Positions 32,985 through 49,549 of a stretch of DNA of 64,000 bases are shown piece by piece. The stretch is from the human T2T-CHM13v2.0 reference genome, Homo sapiens. Every line of letters begins with the position of its first letter. The stretch's first letter is position 1. The DNA is taken from assembly GCF_009914755.1 (NCBI RefSeq), contig NC_060926.1. One strand, given 5' to 3'. The position numbers and the translations under genes were made by a program. The notes beneath the pieces are model-generated. The model had not been told where the DNA came from. It did no database searches and worked only from the letters and a program-made list of their open reading frames with translations.

Positions 32985-33412
32985 TGTGTGAGTTTCCTAG
33001 GCTGTCGGAACAGAGAGCCACAAACTGGGTGTCTTCAATCCATACAAATGTAATTATCTCACAGTTCTGGAAGCTGGAAGTCTGAAATCAAGGTGTCAGC
33101 GGGGCTATGCTTCCTCTAAAGCCTCTAGGTAGGAAATTCCTTGCCTCTCCAGCTTTTGGTAGATAAGTTTTTGGCTTATCCCAGCTTACTCCAATCTCTG
33201 CCCTGTCTTCACATGGCCTTCTCATGTCTCTGTGTCCTGGCCTGTTCTTCCAAGGATGCCAATCATTGGGATTAGGGTCAGTCTAAATCCAGGATGATTT
33301 CATCGCACAACACTTGACTAATTACATCTACAAAGATCCTATTTCCAAATAAGGTCATATTCTGAAGGTTCTGGTGGCATAAATTTTGGGGGACACTATT
33401 CAGCCCACTACA
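32985..33412 (-). mobile_element. MLT1 (MaLR) solo LTR
   Basis: gtttcctaggctgtc...ttctggaagctggaagtctgaaatcaagg...ggacactattcagcccactaca. Confidence 0.85.
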
Positions 33413-33559
33413 TTGACCAATAACAAAGCCAACTGACGCGCCATAATTTATGTCAGCTAAACTATGGAGCCCCTCCTGATGTCTGTGCTGGGACCCTCGG
33501 TGGCATTGCTGGACCCTCAGTCTTCCTGTGAACCTAACCAGCTGTGTCCTCTCTTTTAA

Positions 33560-33731
33560 AAATTTATTTTTGTTTGAGATGGGGTCTCACTATGTTGCCC
33601 AGACTGAGTACAGTGGCTGTTCACAGGAGTGATCACAGTACACGGCAGCCTCAAACTCCTGGGCTGAAGTGATCCTCCTGCCTCAGCCTCCCAGGTAGCT
33701 GGGACTACAAGAGCATGCCACTGTGCCTGGC
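33560..33731 (-). mobile_element. Fossil Alu monomer (FAM-like, 7SL-derived)
   Basis: Retains agtggctgttcacaggagtgatc (7SL/FAM-type segment absent from dimeric Alu). Confidence 0.7.
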
Positions 33732-34849
33732 TTTGTGCTCTCTCTTAATAATTAGAATAACTAACTTACTATGGAGGAAGTACTGTGACAAAAGCTTCTT
33801 GCAAACTTAGACACTCTCCTTGGCTTTTGACATGTCAAGGATTTTCAAGTAAGGAAAAAAGAGAGAAAGAAGAATGGGCGAGGAAGGGACGATAACCCCA
33901 CTTTTCAGATACGACTGTAAAAAACTGAAGCAACTTGCTCAGAGAATGGGACAATGCTGAGATGTGAGGGCACTCTTTCTAACTCCAAATGTGTGCTTTT
34001 TAACCTCTTACTTCTTTCTTGGCTCAGAAGGAAAATAAATAAAATATAGCATGAAAGCCTAATGAATTATGTTGAGGCTGGGCTATCCAAGATGGCCAAT
34101 TAAAGGAGAAAAAGAGAAGTTCACTGTGCAGTATGTTTAAGCCCTGAGCTCCACCTATGAATTTACAATTTTTGCTTACAAGAACCTTCACTTGCATCAT
34201 GTTGGGAAAGAATAAGCCCGAAGGAGACTAATCTGATGCCTTCAGGACCTTTTGTTTTCAGGCTGAGCAGTAGCCTGACAGTGGTGGGGGCAAATGGAAA
34301 GGAAAGCCATTTGGTGGCAGGGATCATCCAGTTTATAAGTATAAAAAAGTTGTGACTCAGCTTTTGACAGGGACCCAGGAGAGGGACTTTGAATTGAGTC
34401 ATTATGGATTATTCTCTGAATCCAGTAGGCCAATAGGCCAATGTGTTTTATGGCTCAAGAGGTTAAACTAGTCTGGGACATGATTTCTTAAGATTTTAGA
34501 AACAAACCAAAATATATCACTCTTCTCATGTGCAAAGTCATGGTGCATTTGTGCCTGGCATTCTGTGTGTGTTTCTGGGGGTTTAATCTCAAGAAAACTA
34601 CTGTAATTCCTCATTTGTTTTACTGATAGGGAAAAAGATCTCCATATAAATGAAATTTCCAGGTATTTGAAGAGTAACCAACTGAGAACTAAAACATTTT
34701 AACTTTGAGCCTTTGGGAAGGGCTCTTTCCAAATGGTAGTATACATCTGTGCACTTTTCTAAGACTAGGAAATGACAGGATGATTTAGGGTCACCAGTAG
34801 GAACACCATTTATCATATGGACTAGACACAGTGATGATGTCAGTGGCAA

Positions 34850-35110
34850 GATACTAGAGTGGACAGAGTCTGAGCTTTGAAGTCGCCCTGACCAGCTTTG
34901 AATTCCAGCTGCCTCCTAGCAGCTATACAATCTTGTAGGAGTGACCTAACCTCTCAGCCTCAGTTTCCTTATATATAAAATGGGGGTAATAATTCTTACC
35001 TCCTGGGGTCATTGTGAGGATTAAATGAGATAATATGTATCTATTAGATACATAGTGTGTACATAAAACTTTCAGCAGCATACCTGACAAATAGAATATG
35101 CTCACATCAT
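34850..35110 (+). mobile_element. MIR
   Basis: ctaacctctcagcctcagtttcctta...aaaatgggggtaataa...gtgaggattaaatgagataat. Confidence 0.85.
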
Positions 35111-37879
35111 TATTATCAACAATACAAAAAAGTCAGCTGTTGTCGTTATTGTCCCTACAATAATGCTACGCTAACTATCCCAAGATTGTTATTTTCATCG
35201 TAAGGACATGGAGTTCATTGGGTTTTATATCCATTTGTGTTTTTTTAAAATGTTTGCTTTTTAGGGGGCGGGGGTGGTCTGGTTACTTTCTTGCTGCAGC
35301 TCTCTTCCTGTGTGGGAGTACTTGCCAAAACATGACTTCCCCATCCTTTCTCATTCCATTCATTTATCCAACATGCATTGGTGACACAATGCAATGTGAG
35401 AAAACACATGCCAGAAGAGTCCCAAATACAATGTTTTGAGAACTGAGAGGAAAGGGGGATGAATAAATGAAGAATGGATGCATGAGCGTGTCACAAATGA
35501 AGAAATTGACAGGAAGGCCATAAGAGCAAGGGGCAAACACCAGAGCGCTTTCCATATGCCTGATAGAGTCTTCCCAAAAGCACACACCTCATTTTCCATT
35601 GTCATCAAATATCAGCATACACCATCATAGGGTTTGCCTTTGGCATGAATGATCTGGAAGAATCTCGGAGGTCCTCAAGCCCCTACCCTTCAAGATGCAG
35701 TAATGGAAACATTGGTGTCTCAAACCCAACAGGTCCAAAGTACGTATGTGTCACATTCACGGCCAAAGCAGCCCCTCTTCCCTCTATGCCTATTTCATAT
35801 GCTGATGATACATCCAGGAAGACTGCAACAAATCTGAGAGGCATTGGGAATCGAAATTTCCACTGCCTCCCACCTCCAGTTATCCCAGTGCAGATAACTC
35901 CAAGCAGGGACGACCAGATGAGTGGATCCTCAGCACACAGGCTGAGGATGACCATCAGACAACTAGGAACAGCCAACACCTTGAACTGGAGGTACTCCAA
36001 GAGTTGTGTTTTTAATTTTTGATGTTAGTTGTAAGATGCATTCCTTTAGAGCTATTAATTATGTAAGTAATAGTAGACAAACATGGACCCTGAGGAAGGG
36101 AACCAAGGGAAGGGGGCCTGAATTTTCTGCTCTTTTGGGCGGGTGATGACTCCAAGTCATTACAATCTAGATGCATCCTTATTTTGCAGCCACAGCTTGC
36201 TGAGATCTGAGCACATAATCAGATACACTGACATGGATGTTACCGTGTGGACAAGGAATGAGCAACCTTGAAAAATGTATTTTTCTATATGCTGTTTTGG
36301 TTTTAAGATCTTGAGAAAGAAGTCCAGGAATTCACAAGCTTGAAAAGGAGATGCTGAGGCCACTGTGAAGACTTGAATACTTTTGCCTTGGAGGCAGTCC
36401 CAGGCCCACCACTCTCAGCAAAGGTCTCCTCCTGCCCTTTCCCAGATCTAACACAGGACAGCAGGCGGAGAGGAACCACCCCCTTTTCCTTCTCACTATT
36501 CTGGCTCTTGTTAGAGTGACAGTGGGATGGGAACTAGGACTCTTTGTCATTGCCAGGGGTTGCCTTGAAGGACTGGAGTCTGAGAGTAAGCAAACTTTAT
36601 GACCCACAAAAAAAAAAACCAGCTTCAGGAAAGCTTAATGGAGTTCCTGGTGTGAACTTAGAAGCAAGGTTTGATAATTAATTCTGACCTGGCTATTTGT
36701 GAATAAACAAAGATTAATACAGTGATTTCCATTTTGCTGAGTATTTTTCGGCCTCTGAACAGGACGGTCACATGGTTTTGCTCTTGTTTGCATGAAGCGA
36801 AATTCTGGGGTCCTCTCAATAAACCCACAAGAGTTTCTATCTCATAATGAGAGCTGGCTTCTTGTGTTTTTGAGGCAGAATTTTGACAGTGTTTCTTGTG
36901 CATTCTTCACCATCATTTGGAGCCACCACCTTGGCAACGTCTGTAGACAAGGAGATAAGGGACTCTCAAATCTATCCTTGAAGAGGAAGTGGCCCCAGAG
37001 TTCCGATAAAATCCTGCCGTATACGGGCTGTATAAAAGCAATTTGACCACTTGCGATTTTGAGTCTTAAGAATCTTTCAATTTCTCAGCCTCTGGCAGGA
37101 GTAAGAGAATAATATCCTGGATGTTTATAAAATTCGATAACCTTTTAAATCCATCCCACTTGAAGGAATAGCTAGATTTCTGGACCCCCATTTTCTGAGG
37201 CTTTCCAGGATGGACGCATGCTATCAGCTCCCCCTGCAGGTCTGACTCTTTCCTGACAGGGAATTCCTGGAGGTCCACTGAGAAAATGGATTCTGGAAGG
37301 GCTCTAAATTGTGTCGCACAGACGAAATGCTTCGACTGCTTGGAAATGACCCACCTTTCTGCTGGAAGCCACATGTCCTGGGAATGCACCAAAGTCTGAA
37401 TCTGTCAGTACCTTACTATGCTGCAGGAAAACAAAGTCCCACCCAGAACTCCAGTGCCCAGGCAGGACCTTCCTTGCGCTAAACGCGCTTTAGAATGTTC
37501 AATTCTCTCTCTTCTTTGTAAGCACTGTGGCCCTGTGGTAAATCCATCACAGATAAAATGGCCTCTACATGAGCCATGTGCTAAAAAAGGATACGTACAC
37601 CCATTGTGTGTTGAGTCTAAAAGTTGTTTCTCAAAAAGTTTTGGATTGTCCCAAATTTTATATGTGAGTTTGCTGATTCAGTCATTCAATAAATATTGTG
37701 ATAGACATTCTGCTATGTGATTGATATGCGATAGACATTGTTTTAGGCACCCTGGATAAAGCAAGGGACCAAGGCAGGCTAAGACCCCATCCTCATGGAG
37801 CTTCAGGAACAGCAGTGACGACATACAGTAAACAAGTGCATGAACATGTGTGGTGTGATTTCATGTGGAGATGGTGCTA

Positions 37880-38519
<640 letters not shown>

Positions 38520-39117
38520 TAAAGCAGGATAAAGAATTGGAGTGATTGGGGTGTACTCTTTTTGAAAGACTGGTCAAGGTAGGTTCAGTTAGAAACCTAC
38601 ATAAAGGAAGACAACAACCCATGTGAAGATGTGGGTGGAGAGCATTTCAGGAGAGGAGGCGGCAAGTGCAAATGACCTGAGATGGAAATGAGCTTGGTGC
38701 GCTCCAGGAAAAGCAAAAAGGCCAAGAGAGACAGGACTGCAGAGTGCTAGGGAGTCAGTAGGAGGAGATGGAGCCCAAGAAGTAGGCAGGGTACACTGTG
38801 TAAAGAATATGGTAAGGAGTTTGGATTTTATTGTGAGATGGGCAACCGTTGGAGCCCTTTCAGTAGAAGAGTGAAGTGATCTAATTTACGGTTTTAAAAC
38901 TTCCCTTCTGGCTACTATGTGCAGAAAAGACTCAAGAAAGACAGGTGTGGAGCCAGGGAATCTCAGTGGGGGGCTATTTTATAATAGAAGCCCTCTGAGA
39001 GGTGCTGGTGTCTTGGTAGTGGTGAGACGTAGGCAATTTCTGGCTGTATTTTGAGGACAGAGCCACAGGACGTGTTGGTTAATTGGATGTAGGAAGTGAG
39101 ATAAAAGAAATAAATCC

Positions 39118-39592
<475 letters not shown>

Positions 39593-40198
39593 TCATCCAT
39601 CTGGAGATGTCAAGCAGGCAGTCTGGAACACATGCTCGATGCAGGAATAACGAGGAGAAAACTATTTATGGAAAGAGGAGCTCCGTTCTGTAATACATTG
39701 TGACACCTGGTTGTGAGCCTTCTCCTCTCCTAGGTCTTGGTTTTCTGTTTTGTAAAATGATGGGCTTGGCTGGTCTCTGAGGGTCTTTTCGGTCATGCAA
39801 GTAGAAAAGAGAAGATTCGCATTGAAATTCACTGAGCAACAGGAGAGGGCTAGGCCTGCTGCTGGCCGGACATAAAACCGTGAGACGGAAGACCCCAAGA
39901 AGACTGGCAGCTTATCTTAGGAATCTGAATTGGAAATGAGTCTTTGCAAAGCAATCACAGGCTTGTTCGAAAGTGGGAGTTCTGGGGCAGGCAGCAGTTT
40001 AGCAGCAGCAGATGAATTTGCTCAAAGCAAAGCGGTATAAAACTTGGTATAAACAGGATTTGCAGGGAAGACAGTGAAGTGATGCTACTTCACTTCCTGG
40101 ATCCTCTATCACTGTAACAGGTAAATATGGGCACCTGTGTCTGCCAGGAACATTGACGTTTAATAGAGAATTTTTTGTTTTGCTTTTTGCTTTACCTG

Positions 40199-40502
40199 TT
40201 TTTCTTTTTTTTTTTTTTTTTTGAGACTGAGTCTCGCCCTGTCGCCCAGGCTAGAGTGCGGTGGCACGATCTCGGCTCACTGCACCCTCTGCCTCCCAGA
40301 TTCAAGCAATTCTCCCGCCTCAGCCTTCTGAGCAGCTGGGATTACAGGTGGGCGCCACCACGCCCGGCTAATTTTTGTATTTTTAGTAGAGACGGGGTTT
40401 CACCATGTTGGTCAGGGTGGTCTCAAACTCCTAACTTCGTGATCCACCCGCCTCGGCCTCCCAAAGTGCTGGGACTACAGGTGTGAGCCACCGCGCCCAG
40501 CC
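40199..40502 (-). mobile_element. AluS
   Basis: Antisense full-length Alu. Confidence 0.93.
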
Positions 40503-41245
40503 CTTACTTTACCTTTTTTGACACTGGCCTACATTGCCTGGATATACACGTAGCTTATTTTGTTTTTTTTCTTTCATTTTTCTGTTCATATTTAGTCTTC
40601 TCACTGTACAAAGTGCTTTCATATTTCTGAACACCACATTGGGTCAGCATAACAGCCCTGTGGCTAGGAACGTAATTAGATAATCCTGTTTTGGAGATAA
40701 ATAAACTGAAGTTCAGAGAGGTTGAGTAACTCGCTCAAGACCACCCAGACACCATAAGGATGAACCTATTTTGAACCCGGGTTTTATGGATCCCTATGAT
40801 TTCCTCTTTCTCATTATTCCATTTGGACTTCCAAATGGAGAGGCTTACTAAAGATTACTTGACCAATTCCTGGATACTCTACGGCACAGTTGATTATTTT
40901 GTGCTTTTCTTTTCAGATGGGAATATAAAAATGACACTGGTTTAGGTTTTCATGTTGCTTTATAAAGCCTCCCTGGTATTAAGTAGTGAGGCATGTGGTA
41001 CACTTCTGAACTAGTGTTTTTTTGTTTTTATCTTTTAAAGTCTTTCAAATACAACTCTTAGACACTATAACAAGTTTAGGAGTATTTGGGTTTTCTCTTC
41101 CACAGTGATGTTCAGCAGAGGGGAAGGAAGATCTTAGCAATACTGTCAGTGGAGGGAAGGCTAAAGTGGAAGCTTATGCTTTTCAGCTTCTATGATTTGG
41201 ATGATGAGATGGCCAGGTGATTCTAATCCAGAAGTGCTTTCTAAT

Positions 41246-42150
<905 letters not shown>

Positions 42151-42619
42151 TCTAGTGAGGATGTGTCACCTCTGGGCTTTACTAACATTAGTGAAGGGAC
42201 GTGCTCATCTGCCAAATGCCGTTAAAGTATTGCTGGGGCTGTAGCTCATGGCCAGTTACAGCTGCTTGGGTTTGAATCAGATCTCTCAACCAACCAACCA
42301 ACCAACCAACCAATGCAGGAACCAGCCTATCTACAACAATACCCTCTAAGAGTCAAATACTGGGCCAAGAGCCAAGTATGAATTAAAAAGGCCCCTACCC
42401 TCAAGGATCACCTGAATCTTAAATGTTAGTGTACATAGAGCTAGCTGGAGTAAAAGTTTAAACTACAGATGCCTGTCTGCCTTCCTTCATTCTAATTCAG
42501 TTGTCAGTTCCAGCTGGAGCACAGGAATCTGCGTTGTAACAAGCCCGTAGGTGGTTCTAGCATAAGAGATCCGAGGGGGGCACTTTGAGACTCACTGATC
42601 AGCAGAACTAGTGCTTTGA

Positions 42620-42985
<366 letters not shown>

Positions 42986-43032
42986 TCATTAGCTTTCAGT
43001 TTGCCTGGCTTCTCTCCTTGAATCTTACTAGC

Positions 43033-43320
43033 TGTGGTAGGTTAGATTGTTGTGCCCGTTTTTGATTTATAGCCCGGCAGCCTCAAAACCATCCTTTTTG
43101 CCTGCTAGTGAAAATGAATCTGGGCCTTTTACATATTTTTTTTCTTCGCTAGCTGGCACAATTTTAAGCTTTGTCAGTAGAGGGCGCTAGAGAGATGCTG
43201 CAGACGAAAAACGGTTTGCTTCCTGGTTCCCACAGGCTTGACCCGCAGCCTGCTTTAAGGAGTGGCTTCTCCAGTGAACAGCTCCTAGAGCACACATAGC
43301 TTCTCAAGCACACAGCTCCT
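43033..43320 (+). mobile_element. ERVL LTR fragment, LTR41-like, carrying a CTCF-type motif
   Basis: ctagctggcacaattttaagctttgtcagtagagggcgctagagag. Confidence 0.6.
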
Positions 43321-43324
43321 GCAC

Positions 43325-43862
43325 AAACTGTGGTGCATCTATGCAGTGGAAAATTATTCAGCAACAAAAAAATGAGCTATCGAGCCACAAAAAGACATGG
43401 AAGAATCTTAAATGCATATTGCTAAGTTAAAGAAGCCAGTCTGAAAAGGTTACAATTGCATATCATTCTGGAAAAGGCAAAACTAGAGAGACAGTAAAAA
43501 GACCAGTGGTTGCCAGGAGTTAGGGGTAGGGAAGGGGAGATCAATAGGTGAAGCACAGGGGATTTTTAGGGTGGTGAAACTATTAGGTGTGATACTGTAG
43601 TGGTAGATACAAGACGTCATGCACTCAGCAAAACCTGTAGAGATGTACAACAGAAAGAGTGAATCCGAATGGAAACTATAGACTTAATAATAATGCATTA
43701 ATGTCAGGTCATCAATTGCAACAGGTGTACTACATCAATTCAAGATGTCATTAATAGTAGGGGAAACTGTGCACAGAAAGAGGGGGTTATATGGGAATTT
43801 TGTACTTTGCATCATTTTTCTGTAAACCTAAAACTACTCTAAAAATATAATCTATTTTTAAA
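43325..43862 (+). mobile_element. L1MC-like 3' end
   Basis: aaaagacatggaagaatcttaaatgcatattgctaag...ctgtaaacctaaaactactctaaaaa. Confidence 0.85.
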
Positions 43863-44036
43863 AGTCATTGAAGGCAAAAATAAAAGGTTCAGCAAACACT
43901 GATTTTAGAATTTTAGGTCCCCCTCCTACAATTCTGCCTAGAGTATTTGATTATTTCTTTTCATATTTACAGTGGCACAAAGGGAAAATAATGGACACTT
44001 TATGTTTTACCTAAGACATTTTGCAGTTCTACATAG

Positions 44037-44359
<323 letters not shown>

Positions 44360-44417
44360 CTTTTTTTTTTTTTTTTTTATCATATTCAACTCATCCATTC
44401 AAAATGCTGATGTATCA

Positions 44418-44828
<411 letters not shown>

Positions 44829-46001
44829 CTAAATTCTCCCTTTCAGCTTTGTCCACTGTGTGGTAGTGGCAACAGCAATTTCTGGAAGAAAGGTCTTGGA
44901 TAGCACTGCCAAGTTGCAGCTTCATAAACTATCAAGTGAGCTGTTTTCTGTGAGGACAACTCGCACACTTGCTATCACCATACACAGTGAGCTACTAAAG
45001 ATACCGCAGCTCTCAGGGCTGACTTCAAGCGGATATGAGAATGCGACACAGCTGATTGCCTGCTCCAAGTCCCAAATTGGAAACATGAGCTTGCCCACAT
45101 AAGACATTCCAACTAACTCGACAAATGAATCCTCAAATGCTCCTCATGATCATTTGTTTTAAAAAGCTCAAGTGATTTTTCATTGTCTCAGACTGCTGCT
45201 GTGGAAGGCTGCCTATTGGAAAAAAAAAAAAAAAAAACAAGGACAGAATCAAATGGAATATTTCCTAAGGCAGGGAGGAAAGAACAAAGTATTAAAAAGG
45301 ACAAGAAGTCCCACTGCTGTAACAGAGATAGAGATTCCTGATCAAGAAGCCACATTTTTAGGAAAGTGGGATGTGCCGTTTTATTTTTAAAATGAGATGC
45401 AATCAATGACACACGCTGTGCAGCATGTATTCTGTGTACTAGCCTCTCCCCTGGTTTCACATTATTTTCCTACCCTTATTTACCCTTTGCCCCAGTTTTC
45501 TTACTCTTTGAGAAAATACTGTATCTTTTCATAAGATGTTGGAAATCCTATTTGATACATTGTGAAGTGAAAATAAGTAGAAAATGCTATATTTTGAGCA
45601 TTAATGATAACTTTCTAAATTTGCTGCAACGGATTATTTTTGGTGACTCTACTTAAAATACCTCAAATCAAATTCCCTACTTGAGTATAAGCATAAATAT
45701 TCCAGATTTCTGAAATCAAGATTTAAAGAGTTATTCCAGCATACATGTATATACATACACATCCATGTAACTTTCATGAGACATGTATTACAAGCTGTTC
45801 GAACTACCGTTCCAGAGGTTCACTGACCAACGAAAATAACCTTAGTAGTGAAGTACAAAACCAAATCCAGAAAGCAGTCCAGGGGTTTAGTCAGATTGCT
45901 TCTTCTCACCGAGCAGCGTCATACAGTATGTATTCCTACCCATGCACACTGGTCAAGGGAAGAAAGAAGTGGTCAGTAGTAGGAGGAATGGGCTTAGGTA
46001 G

Positions 46002-46385
46002 TGATATGGTTTGGATTTGTGTCCCTGCCCAAATCTCGTGTCGAACTGTAATCCCCAGCGTTGGAAGTGGGGCCTGGTGGGAGGTGATGGGATCGTGGGG
46101 GCAGATTTTCCCCTTGCTGTTCTCATGATAGTGACTGAGTGCTTACGAGATCTGGTTGTTTACAAGTATGTACTGCCTCCTTCGCTCTCTTCCTCTTGCT
46201 CCAGCCATGTAAAATGTGCCTCCTTCGTCTTCTCATTCTGCCATGATTGTAAGTTTCCTGAGGTCTCCCCAGCCATGCTTCCTGAACAGCCTGCGGAACG
46301 GTGAGCCAACTAAACCTCTTTTCTTTATAAATTACCCAGCCTCAGGTCATTCCTTATAGCAATGCAACAAGGACAAACTAATCCA
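46002..46385 (+). mobile_element. MSTA-like solo LTR
   Basis: tgatatggtttggatttgtgtccc...ca; flanks ggtag/ggtgg (4/5 TSD). Confidence 0.92.
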
Positions 46386-47235
46386 GGTGGTATGGTCATC
46401 ATGATTTGATAGTTAATGTTTGCCTGTTTGCCCCAACTGCTGAAGAGCTGTATGACAAGCTGAAAGAATTTCACACCTCAAATTCCATAGCCTGACAAGG
46501 GGTCACCTTCATTTTTAAAGGGAATATGGCTTGTGAACCGTACTGTCTGGGGTCCGAATCCTGGCTCTAGTATTTCCCAGTTGTGGAGTTTTGGGCAAGC
46601 ATGCCCTCATCCTCCTGAGCCTCAGCAACGACACTTATCTGACAAGGTAACACAAATATTAACTGTTTCTCCTAGTCCAGGGGCCGGCACCTGGTATGGG
46701 CTCGATAAATGGCAGTCATTATTATGAGTAGATAATTATAACAATAATAAAGTGTTAGAAAATTCATGAAAGTACAAGAGGCTTGACATTTCTATAAACC
46801 ACTCCCCAAACATGATATAATGTTTACCTACAACCCAGTTTTTCCTTTTGCACCAAATAAAATCCAGCTGTGCAGCTGAGAGGCAATGAAATTGAGAATG
46901 ATTCTAAATTGTTGTAAATATATTTTCAAAGGATTGTAAATATATTTTCAAAGTTAAATGTAAAATGAGAGCCTGTTTGTAGACAACTGAGTTGGCTTGT
47001 GATGACATTTTTTACTAAAGCTGTCAGAGGATCTGAAAGAATTTTGCAAAGTACTGGACATGATGTTCAGCTTCTTTAGAAAGCTGATGAGCACTAAGCA
47101 ATATGTTGCCTTGTTGTAAATAGCAAATCAGTGTCATGGTCTTTACTCTCCTTCACCAGATTATGTGATCGAATAAGTAACCACATGTTAGGTGGAAACA
47201 AATTGTAAAAGGCTTTTAACTAAGCAACGTTTCAA

Positions 47236-47398
47236 TATTTGTTTGTTTTTTTGAGACATGATCTCTCTCTGTCACCCAGGCTGGAGTGCAGTGGTGCGAT
47301 TATAGCTCACGGCAGCCTTGATCTTCTGGGCTCAAGTGATCCTCCCACCTCAGCCACCCGAAGTGCTGGTATTACAGGCGTGAGCCCCCATGCCCAGC
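47236..47398 (-). mobile_element. Alu monomer-length element (AluJ/FLAM hybrid-like)
   Basis: TSD ttcaatattt. Confidence 0.8.
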
Positions 47399-48112
47399 TT
47401 CAATATTTCTTTTAAGTGTGGTTTGTTTTTTTCACTGCCAACACATTTTTATCTTAATGTTACCACCCAAGTCAACCAGAAGTCATTTAAGAAATAGCTG
47501 GTGTAGAAAATAATTTCGCAAAATGAGAAATCAGTTCAAAGGCTGGATTCCAAACCGGCATGAGCCTGTCCCCAGTGTTGGTGTCTCGTCTCCATGTGGT
47601 CTTTTGCCAACTCATCTGCTTTTGCCCCCGACCTGCCCTTGGGCAGAATCCAGTGCAGATCCTCATGCATTTAGGAAGGGTGTCTGAAGGGTTACTCAGC
47701 AGCCACCAGTCATCATGTCTTTTCTATTTTCTATTACCACATTCAGTTACAAACAGGTACACAAATATGAAGAGAAATGGAGGGCAAGGGACGTAAGATG
47801 GTGCATGTTTCTCCTGCCCTGGTAAAACGTCTTCTCTGGCAATATTATCTCCGTTGGTAGAATGGTTGCCTGTGACAGGAAGAGGTCGTGGGGGTAGGCA
47901 GAGCAGGGTAAGGTTTTAAACGAATTCTTTTTTGCAATATTTACTGATTATTTTATTTTTTCTCCATTGAAGAGACTCTTTTTTCTTTTTTTGCTCTATT
48001 CAGCCATTTTATGCTTTAACTCTGCAGATAATAACAAAAAATACACTAAACTACATTTAGACAGATGGGAAGAAATGGAGAAAAGAACAATTACTCAAAA
48101 CACTAAGCTGAA

Positions 48113-48270
48113 GCTGAGTGTTGTGGCATGCACTCACAGTCCCAGCTACTCAGGCAGGAGGATCGCTTGAGCCCAGGAGTTCAAGGCCGCAGTGAGCCAT
48201 GATTGCACCACAGCACTCCAGCCTGGGCAACAGAGCAAAACCCTGTCTCAAAAACAAAACAAAACAAAAA
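48113..48270 (+). mobile_element. Alu right monomer (FRAM-like)
   Basis: Single arm with CAAAA tail; flanking cactaagYtga. Confidence 0.8.
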
Positions 48271-48499
48271 ACCCCACTAAGTTGATGAAAATGGTCAACT
48301 TTTTTTGCCTATGGACATCTACATGCGCCCGCATCATTTGTTGAAAAGATTGACCTTTCCCCATTAAATTGTTTTATCAGTTACACATTAAGTTTCTATG
48401 AGAGTAAGAAGAACAATAGGTTTGGAAGAAGGTTTGAAGATACAAGTCAAAGTCTGAAAGAGACTTGTTCTAATGTGGAATAACTCATAAGTTTTTCTG

Positions 48500-49460
48500 A
48501 TTAAACTGTTAATTTTCATAGAATTATAGACTCACATGCAGTTGTAAGAAATAATACAGAGAACTCCTGTGGATTCTTTACACAGTTTCCCCAATGGTAA
48601 ACTTGGAAAGTTATAGTAGAATATCACAGCCAGGATATTGACACTGATACAAAGTACAGGACAGTTTCACCATCATAAAGATCTTTTGTGTTGCTCTTCT
48701 AGATAGCCACACCTACCCCACCCCACCACTGTCCCTGGCCTCCGACAACCACTAATCTGTTATCCATTCTTTAATTTTGCTACTTCAATAATGTTATATA
48801 AATAGGACCATACAGGATACAACCTTTTGCAACTGGCTTTTTTTTTCCCCACTCCATCCCGTTCCCTGGAGATCCATCCAAGTTATGTGTATCAATAGTT
48901 TGTTCCTTCTTACACACACTGGGGCCTGTAGGGGTTGGGGAGGGAGAGCATCAGGAAGAATAGCTAATGGATGCTGGGCTTAATACCTAGGTGATGGGAT
49001 GATCCGTGCAGCAAACCACAATGGCACACGTTTACCTACGTAACAAACCTGCACATATTGCACCTGTATCCCGGAACTTAAAAGTTGAAGAAAAAAAATA
49101 GTTTGTTACTTCTTACTGCTGAGTGGTATTCCATGATATGGATGTGCCACAGTGTGTTGAACTGTTCCTCCTTCTCAGGACATCTGGTTGTTTCCAGGTT
49201 TTGGCTGTTACAGATACAGCTGTTATGAGCTTTCATGCACAGGCTTTTGTGTGGGCATAAGTTTTCATTTCTCTGGAACAAATGACCCCCAAAAGTGTAA
49301 TTGTTGGGTCTTACAGTACTTGCCTCTAGTTTTATAAGAAACAAAACTGTTTTCCAGAGTGACTGTATCATTTTATATACCCACCAGCAATGAATGAGTA
49401 ATCCAGTTTCCCTGCATCCTCACTAGCATTTGGTGTTGTCACTTTTTAAATTTTAGCTGC
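48500..49460 (-). mobile_element. Old L1M (L1MC-like) 3' region
   Basis: Antisense L1 motifs (caaccactaatctgtt, gtggtattccatgatatggatgtgccacag, cccaccagcaatg). Confidence 0.8.
48914..49096 (+). mobile_element. Short L1P 3' end inserted into older L1M
   Basis: L1 3'UTR (G-rich tract, acctgcacatattgcac); TSD aatagtttgttMcttcttac at 48894-48913 and 49097-49116. Confidence 0.88.
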
Positions 49461-49549
49461 TTTTTTTTTTTTTTTGAGACGGAGTCTCACTCTGTTGTCC
49501 AGGCTGTAGTGCGGTGGTGCGATCTCGGCTCACTGCAACCTCCGCCTCC
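49461..49549 (-). mobile_element. Truncated Alu (3' ~90 bp only) fused to ERV env
   Basis: Poly(T) then gagacggagtctc...cactgcaacctccgcctcc, abruptly joined to ttagttgaagaatgt. Confidence 0.92.

Noticed and set aside
35645-36022. Overlapping 105-125 aa ORFs in unique sequence
   Set aside because: No recognisable domain or splice context; length compatible with chance
40818-40839. 10-bp inverted repeat tccatttgga-ct-tccaaatgga
   Set aside because: Short enough to occur by chance at this window size
46912-46953. 20-bp direct duplication ttgtaaatatattttcaaag
   Set aside because: Ordinary local tandem duplication with no sign of function
48921-48945. G-quadruplex motif
   Set aside because: Standard G-rich tract of the L1 3'UTR
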